In this document: one piece after another, positions 58,918-64,000 of the stretch
Layout: each line of letters starts with the position of its first letter
Position numbering within the stretch: the first letter of the stretch is position 1
Assembly (NCBI GenBank): GCA_944389745.1
Contig: CALXNM010000003.1
Location: forward strand, 1,464-65,463
Length of the DNA: 64,000 bases
Source of the DNA: an uncultured Clostridia bacterium
GTDB taxonomy: Bacteria; Bacillota; Clostridia; TANB77; CAG-508
Direction of reading: 5' to 3'
Notes under the pieces: generated by a model
Databases searched by the model: none
What the model was told of the DNA's origin: nothing
Seen by the model: only the letters and a program-made list of their open reading frames with translations
Position numbers and translations under genes: made by a program

Positions 58918-59535
58918 TTAATTCCAGAGGAACGGAACACTCTCAGAAGGCTTGTCTTCACGGATGATGGTGTTTAATGTCACCACCGCTAAGATGCCAG
59001 CGTTGATAGTGGCAGCACCCTCATACACACCTTCGCCGCGTGTGCAGAACAGTTCAGCGGGCTTGATTTTTCCATCATCAACATACCTCAGGTAGCAATG
59101 AGTTGCAAACCCGTTGAACGTTAACGTAGGAGATGCAAGCCAGTACTTGCCTTTGGGGACAGTTACCCCTTCAAGGTCTTCTACCGTTGCGGCGCGTACT
59201 TCGGCAAACTCTTCGCTTGCCAGTAGCTTTCGTGAAATGAGGCTCAGCTCTCTATGAGCGTCCCAACCTTGACGGCCATATGGCACCCAGGGTTTGGTTG
59301 TCACCACTGTCAGATATGACGGGTGAAGAGTTCCGTTTCCAGGATCCTCATCATCATGGATGTAGAATCCATAGAATGTATCCGGGCAGTCATCGGATGT
59401 GAACTGCTGTTTCTTGTAGCCGTTCACATACTTCTTGCTCGTATACTCTCTCGGCACTCCTTCTTGTTTCCCCAGATTGGGAAAATCGATTTGAGGAGAA
59501 ATTTTGCTCCTCAGGATAAAAGTGGGTACTTCCAT
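58918..59535 (-). CDS. Hypothetical protein (205 aa), foreign composition
   Basis: Long ORF in a high-GC segment, RBS gaaagga. No signal peptide or TM. No motif I can name with confidence. Confidence 0.7.
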   Translation of the reverse strand: MEVPTFILRSKISPQIDFPNLGKQEGVPREYTSKKYVNGYKKQQFTSDDCPDTFYGFYIHDDEDPGNGTLHPSYLTVVTTKPWVPYGRQGWDAHRELSLISRKLLASEEFAEVRAATVEDLEGVTVPKGKYWLASPTLTFNGFATHCYLRYVDDGKIKPAELFCTRGEGVYEGAATINAGILAVVTLNTIIREDKPSESVPFLWN

Positions 59536-59602
59536 GGTTGTGTCCTTTCTACTAAAGTACCTCTACCTACACATAGCCACCGTTTGGTGTACTATACATA
59601 TA

Positions 59603-59631
59603 ATTATACGCTTTTTTATGTAAATTATCAA
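59603..59631 (-). promoter_or_regulatory. Consensus SigA promoter for the island-2 gene
   Basis: Minus strand TTGATA, 17 nt, TATAAT, about 65 nt upstream of the ATG. Confidence 0.6.
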
Positions 59632-59745
59632 GTGGAACATGTATATTGTATCTTACTTTGATTACAACGTTTTTAATAAAAATGCTTATACTATAATTTT
59701 TATAGTATAAGCATTTTAGACTGGTATAAATAAAATTTCTTATTA

Positions 59746-60326
59746 TTAAATTAATTTCTTTATTATTTCTATAAATTTTTTTGCATCTTCAGTTGGATGT
59801 TTTGAATAAATAATACCATAAGGAATTGTTTCTCCTGAATCAAGAGGAATAGTTTTAAATGCAGGATGTATATCGGACCAACATTCTAAAGTAACAAGCA
59901 GACTATTTGTTTCCTCACATTTATTAAAAACATTTATATCATAAAAAAGAGGGGCTTCTAATATCTCTACATTTTTACAATTTTCTTTTATTTTATTAAG
60001 TATATCTTGATTTTGTTTACTATCTCCTCTAGTTATAGCTGTAATTCTTTCTCCAGATAAATCTTTTATAGAAATTGTTTCTTTATTAGCAAGTGGATGA
60101 GTGATTGGAACAGCAATACAGAATCTATAATTTCCAAGTTTTAAGAAATTAAAGTTTTCCATCCATTGTTTGGAATCACATGGAGAAACAAGAAAATCTA
60201 AAATTGTTCCATTAAATTCATTTGTTTCATAATAGCTGTAGAAGATACATAAAGCTTTTCTGCAGCTTTAGAAAAACTACCTGTATCAGCAACTTCAATA
60301 AAAATATCAAGATATTTATTATACAT
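59746..60326 (-). pseudogene. LysR-family regulator with an internal deletion and frameshift
   Basis: The HTH fragment MYNKYLDIFIEVADTGSFSKAAEKLYVSSTAIMKQMNLMEQF stops at 60198. A different frame continues NEFNGTILDFLVSPC...MENFNFLKL...HPLANKE (effector-domain C-terminal half). About 100 aa of linker and RD-I are missing. Confidence 0.7.
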
Positions 60327-60463
60327 AAGCACTACCTCGCTATAACTTTTCGTTGATGCAATTATAACTTTTTTATTCTTCCATGTCAATATAGAAGAGA
60401 TTATAATATATTCGTAGATAGGTAAAAAACAAATATTATAAAATTTTTTGGAGGTAAATTTAT

Positions 60464-61309
60464 ATGGAAAAAGTAAAATTAAATAATGGTGTAGAAATGC
60501 CAATGTTAGGTATAGGAACATTTTTATTAACACCAGATCAAGCAGAAGAATCTGTATATAATGCTTTAAAAGATGGGTATAGATTAATAGATACAGCAAA
60601 TGCATATGTAAATGAAAGAGGAGTAGGAAGAGGAATAAAAAAATCAGGAGTTCCAAGAGAAGAAATATTTTTGGAGACAAAGTTATGGCCAGCTTTTTAT
60701 GAGGAGGAAGATCAGGTTGAAAAAACATTAGAAAGACTAGGAACAGATTATATAGATTTATTATTGCTTCATCAACCAGCAGGAAATTATATGAAGGGCT
60801 ATAAAATAATGGAAAAAGCTGTTAAAGAAGGAAAAGTTAGAGCAATTGGATTATCTAATTTTGATGAAGAAAAAATACAAGAAATAATAGAAAATGCAGA
60901 AATCAAACCAACTGTATTACAAACAGAAGCTCATCCATATTATCCACAAACAGAAATGAAAAAATTCTTAAATAAATATGATATAAGGATTCAAGCTTGG
61001 TATCCATTAGGACATGGTGATAAAGGATTAATAAATGAGGAAGTATTTACGAAACTTGCAGAAAAATATGGAAAGAGTAATGTACAAATTATATTAAGAT
61101 GGCATATTCAATCTAATAATATAGTAATACCTGGAGCATCTAATCCAGATCATATTAAAGCAAATATTGATGTATTTGATTTTAAATTAACAGATGAAGA
61201 AATGGAAGAAATAAGTAAAATAAATAAAAATAAGAGATATTATTATGCTACACCAGAAACTTTGGCAGGTTATGCTGCAATGAAACCAGATTTAGATGGA
61301 CAAAAATAA
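60464..61309 (+). CDS. Aldo/keto reductase
   Basis: Catalytic tetrad contexts DTANAY, ETKLW, LLHQP. 281 aa. Confidence 0.9.
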   Translation: MEKVKLNNGVEMPMLGIGTFLLTPDQAEESVYNALKDGYRLIDTANAYVNERGVGRGIKKSGVPREEIFLETKLWPAFYEEEDQVEKTLERLGTDYIDLLLLHQPAGNYMKGYKIMEKAVKEGKVRAIGLSNFDEEKIQEIIENAEIKPTVLQTEAHPYYPQTEMKKFLNKYDIRIQAWYPLGHGDKGLINEEVFTKLAEKYGKSNVQIILRWHIQSNNIVIPGASNPDHIKANIDVFDFKLTDEEMEEISKINKNKRYYYATPETLAGYAAMKPDLDGQK

Positions 61310-61343
61310 GCTAAAAAACTTGACATTGAGGAGGTTGATGATT

Positions 61344-61676
61344 ATGGAAAATAAAACATTAGTTATATATTATAGTTTTACAGGAAATAGTAAAAGAGTA
61401 GCTGAATACGTAAAAAATAAATTAAATGCAGATATTTTAGAATTAGAACCAGCTGAACCTTTTTCAAGTGATTATGATGAAGTAGTACAAAAATATAATA
61501 GTGATATGATAATTATTTCACCTCAATTAGATGATTGGGGGGAAGAATCAGCTGATGATACTATTGCATTAGTAGAATATTTTTCTTCACAAGGAGTTTC
61601 TGACGAACATGCAGGACTTGGGCTATTTGCTTATGATGAAAATGTGATGACTTGGATATTTAATAAGGTAAAATAA
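61344..61676 (+). CDS. Flavodoxin-like protein, apparently truncated or chimeric (110 aa)
   Basis: The N-terminal 50 aa match the flavodoxin_4 pattern (KTLVIYYSFTGNSKRVAEYV...ADILELEP..PFSSDY). The remainder lacks the PxWWG and FCTHxGSG blocks. Confidence 0.5.
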   Translation: MENKTLVIYYSFTGNSKRVAEYVKNKLNADILELEPAEPFSSDYDEVVQKYNSDMIIISPQLDDWGEESADDTIALVEYFSSQGVSDEHAGLGLFAYDENVMTWIFNKVK

Positions 61677-61792
61677 AGTACTGTTTTAGCTGTTGCAATT
61701 TGAATTTTGTATGCTATAATATAAAACATATTAATAATCAAAAGATTTTTATAACAATAAATATGTAATATTTCAAAAAAGGAGAAAAGAAT

Positions 61793-62173
61793 ATGATAGT
61801 ATCAAGAATTTATGAGGCGAAAAACGAGGAATTAGCAGCAGTTGTATTAGAAGATGGAGTATATACCAATTTTATTTGGTCTCCAGAAATGGTATGTTTC
61901 GATGAAGCAGGTTTACTTGAGGAAGCTAAATGGGGATTTCCAGAAGCACTTTCTTATGAAGACGACATATCTGAAGGACATTCACTAGAAGATATGGTAA
62001 GACTTCAAGAAGAAGAAAGTAAATTGATTGCAGAAGTAGGAGAACATACGATTATTTATCCTCAACGTATGAGTGAAGATACTCAAGAGCTTTTTAAATT
62101 TGAATTGGGAGAAGAACTTTGGAATAAAATATTGCAAGATTCAAATATTGATAAAGGTGTTCAAATTGACTAA
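61793..62173 (+). CDS. Hypothetical highly acidic protein (126 aa)
   Basis: Own promoter (TTGCAA-16-TGcTATAAT) and a good RBS. Rich in Glu and Asp. Confidence 0.6.
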   Translation: MIVSRIYEAKNEELAAVVLEDGVYTNFIWSPEMVCFDEAGLLEEAKWGFPEALSYEDDISEGHSLEDMVRLQEEESKLIAEVGEHTIIYPQRMSEDTQELFKFELGEELWNKILQDSNIDKGVQID

Positions 62174-62215
62174 AGGAATATTAAGTAAGCATAATTAAAA
62201 AGGGATGAATAAAGT

Positions 62216-62686
62216 ATGACCATCGGATTTACAATAGGAAAATTTGCGCCATTTCATGATGGACATAAATATTTAATAAATAAGGCTGTTAGTGAAATGG
62301 ACAAATTTTATATAGTGGTTTATGATACACCTAAATTTAATATTGATATTGAGACGAAAATAAAATGGATAAAAGATGAGTTCCCAGATGTAAAAATATT
62401 AAAGGCTTTTAATAGTCCAACACAGTATGGTTTAGATAAAGAAAGTGTGGAAATCCAAATGAAATATTTATCCAATATTATAAAAAATATTTCCGTAACA
62501 CATTTTTATAGTAGTGAGGAATATGGTAAATATGTTGCAGAATATTTAGATATACAGAATGTTATAGTGGATAAAGAAAGAAAAAAGTATAACATATGTG
62601 CAACTAGGATAAGAAAAGATGTAGAAAAAGAGAAAGAGTATATTAATAAAAAGGTGTATGATTATATGAGAAAATTAGTAATATAA
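62216..62686 (+). CDS. Cytidylyl/adenylyltransferase-family protein (NadR/NMNAT-like)
   Basis: GKFAPFHDGH (HxGH) and ICATRIRKD (ISSTxxR-like). Confidence 0.65.
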   Translation: MTIGFTIGKFAPFHDGHKYLINKAVSEMDKFYIVVYDTPKFNIDIETKIKWIKDEFPDVKILKAFNSPTQYGLDKESVEIQMKYLSNIIKNISVTHFYSSEEYGKYVAEYLDIQNVIVDKERKKYNICATRIRKDVEKEKEYINKKVYDYMRKLVI

Positions 62687-62746
62687 AGGAAGGTTAATAT
62701 ACAGAATAAAAATGAAATAGATGATAGATTTAAAATAGTTGAAATA

Positions 62747-62780
62747 AAATAGCTTAGACTATATAGTCTAAGCTATTTTT
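62747..62780. terminator. Bidirectional terminator hairpin
   Basis: aaatagcttagact-atat-agtctaagctattt, between convergent genes. Confidence 0.7.
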
Positions 62781-62818
62781 ACTATAGAGATTATCTTGTA
62801 ATCTTTAATTATTTAGCA

Positions 62819-64000
62819 TTATTTATTATTATTTCCTCTATTATTTTGTTTCTTTAATATTAATGTTCTTCCAGCCAATATTGCTACCAATATAGTAATC
62901 ACTGCTAAAATCCATGTTGTTGCCTCACCTGTTTGAGGTAATTTAGTATCTGGAATTACTGTATTATCTATAACTGGACTATTTGGACTAACAGGTTCTT
63001 CTGGTTTATTATATTTTACAACTACAGTTGGTGAGTCATCAGAAGTATTATTTATTTCGCCTTCAGGTGTTTCACCAGTTATATCAACATGAGTATTAGT
63101 TGGTAAAACTACATCTATAATATTTTGATCATAATCTTCTTTTAATGTAAGTTTATAACTTAATGTTGCTGTTTCTCCTTCACTTAATAATTCGATATTC
63201 CATGTTATTGAATTGTTTTCAGTATTTATTTCTTGTGATACTGTACCTATATTAGGACTTGCCACATATTCAAAATCGAAGTTATCAATTATTTCTTGTG
63301 GGAAGTAGTCTGTTATAGTAATGTTTCTTAAAGTATTATCAGTTCTTATAACTAAACTATCAAATATATCATTTACTATTGTATTTTCTATTTCATCATC
63401 TGGAATATAGAAATATTCTGTTAATGTTGAACTTTCTTCAGTTCCAAAGATTTCTTCAGCTAATTCTCTATATGTTTTATGAGTAGTTGGTTCTTCTTTT
63501 TCACTATCTAAGTTAATCATTGCACCAATTATAGAAATTCCACTATTTTCTATTTCTTCTATTTTAGCTTTTGTTCTTTGTGCAACTACTCCAGAGTATG
63601 TCATTGAAGTTCCATCTGTTGCATTGTTTGGAACACCGTCTGTTAATAGAATTATGTATCTAGCCATATTCTCGTCTTGAGAGAAATTTTTCTGAGCTAT
63701 TGTTAAACCAGCTTCAATATTTGTTCTTGGTCCAACTTCTAATTCAGATAATTGTGTAAGAGAATTTTTTACAGAAGTTTGATCATTGCTTAAATTTGAT
63801 ATTAATTTAGCATCATCTATTGTTCCTTCTGTTTCTCCTTTAGAAGAGTCTAAACTTGAGAAACCAACAAGACCAATTTTAACTTTTGAGTTTGCTGTAA
63901 ATAATTTATCTATTAATGAACTTGCAGAATTTATAACAGCCTGTTTTCTAGTTGTATCTTCATATGTTTGAAGCATACTTGAAGAGTTATCAATAACAAA
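62819..64000 (-). CDS. vWA-domain LPXTG cell-wall-anchored protein. The 5' end is partial and runs off the right edge.
   Basis: The frame stays open to nt 64000 and reads ...VIDNSSSM (MIDAS DxSxS). C-terminal LPQTG, a hydrophobic stretch and a basic tail. Confidence 0.85.
   Translation of the reverse strand, partial: FVIDNSSSMLQTYEDTTRKQAVINSASSLIDKLFTANSKVKIGLVGFSSLDSSKGETEGTIDDAKLISNLSNDQTSVKNSLTQLSELEVGPRTNIEAGLTIAQKNFSQDENMARYIILLTDGVPNNATDGTSMTYSGVVAQRTKAKIEEIENSGISIIGAMINLDSEKEEPTTHKTYRELAEEIFGTEESSTLTEYFYIPDDEIENTIVNDIFDSLVIRTDNTLRNITITDYFPQEIIDNFDFEYVASPNIGTVSQEINTENNSITWNIELLSEGETATLSYKLTLKEDYDQNIIDVVLPTNTHVDITGETPEGEINNTSDDSPTVVVKYNKPEEPVSPNSPVIDNTVIPDTKLPQTGEATTWILAVITILVAILAGRTLILKKQNNRGNNNK

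Larger units (their letters stand above)
58861..59640. other. Compositional island 2 (about 45-55% GC single-gene cassette abutting the tRNA-Gln terminator)
   Basis: Hand counts: the lines at 59041 and 59161 are 45% and 55% GC. Confidence 0.8.

Noticed and set aside
59323-59661. 112-aa plus-strand ORF overlapping the island-2 gene.
   Set aside because: It is a shadow ORF in high-GC DNA. It has no RBS and runs through the opposing promoter and 5' UTR.
58817-59745. Integrase or att-site evidence for a classical tRNA-targeted integrative element.
   Set aside because: There is no recombinase ORF, and I found no direct repeat of the tRNA-Gln 3' end at the far boundary. It is therefore reported only as a compositional islet.
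60330-60728. Upstream extension of the 176-aa minus-strand ORF (LLFLF-rich) overlapping the aldo/keto reductase gene.
   Set aside because: Only the last 43 codons (the LysR HTH, starting at the RBS-preceded ATG at 60326) look genuine. The rest is antisense to a well-supported AKR gene.
1-64000. CRISPR arrays, rRNA genes, transposases, prophage blocks, and restriction-modification or other known defence gene sets.
   Set aside because: On inspection I found no regularly spaced direct repeats, no rRNA-like conserved stretches, and no ORFs with transposase, integrase, RT, nuclease-helicase or methyltransferase defence signatures.

Overview
Very AT-rich chromosomal segment: hand counts of sample 60-nt lines give about 23-30% GC. 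It looks like a spore-forming Firmicute (Clostridia-like). Most of the window is conserved housekeeping or sporulation sequence. This includes a SipL-like/yunB pair, spoVAC-AD-AE, rplM-rpsI, infC-rpmI-rplT with an L20-type leader, rpmB, ruvA, rarA, recG, greA-mfd, dtd, nrdDG, aspS, mnmA, the rlmN-stp-prkC-rsgA-rpe cluster, pyrG, nth, an alaS-like gene, a sortase and tRNA-His/tRNA-Gln. No CRISPR array, transposase, integrase or recognisable defence system is visible. Eight things stand out. (1) Two self-contained cassettes of about 50% GC, each with promoter, one gene and terminator, sit in the low-GC backbone: a GH13 glycosidase at 24.7-26.3 kb and an orphan 205-aa protein directly after the tRNA-His/Gln pair at 58.9-59.6 kb. 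(2) A MurT/GatD-like pair in which all three glutaminase triad positions appear substituted. (3) A compact 584-aa AlaRS that lacks the beta-barrel and C-Ala domains. (4) An operon with two tandem paralogous membrane-anchored proteins and a double-FtsX ABC exporter, followed by an ECF sigma gene carrying a 1-nt frameshift and its anti-sigma. (5) A family of hairpins with a GGACAGACC core, sitting exactly at three convergent gene junctions. (6) A perfect 24-bp palindrome between a Crp/Fnr regulator and nrdD. (7) A 121-nt imperfect inverted repeat after rlmN. (8) Gene decay next to the tRNA islet, where a LysR gene has an internal deletion and a flavodoxin-like gene is truncated. All functional calls rest on motif recognition in the supplied translations, and no database search was possible.
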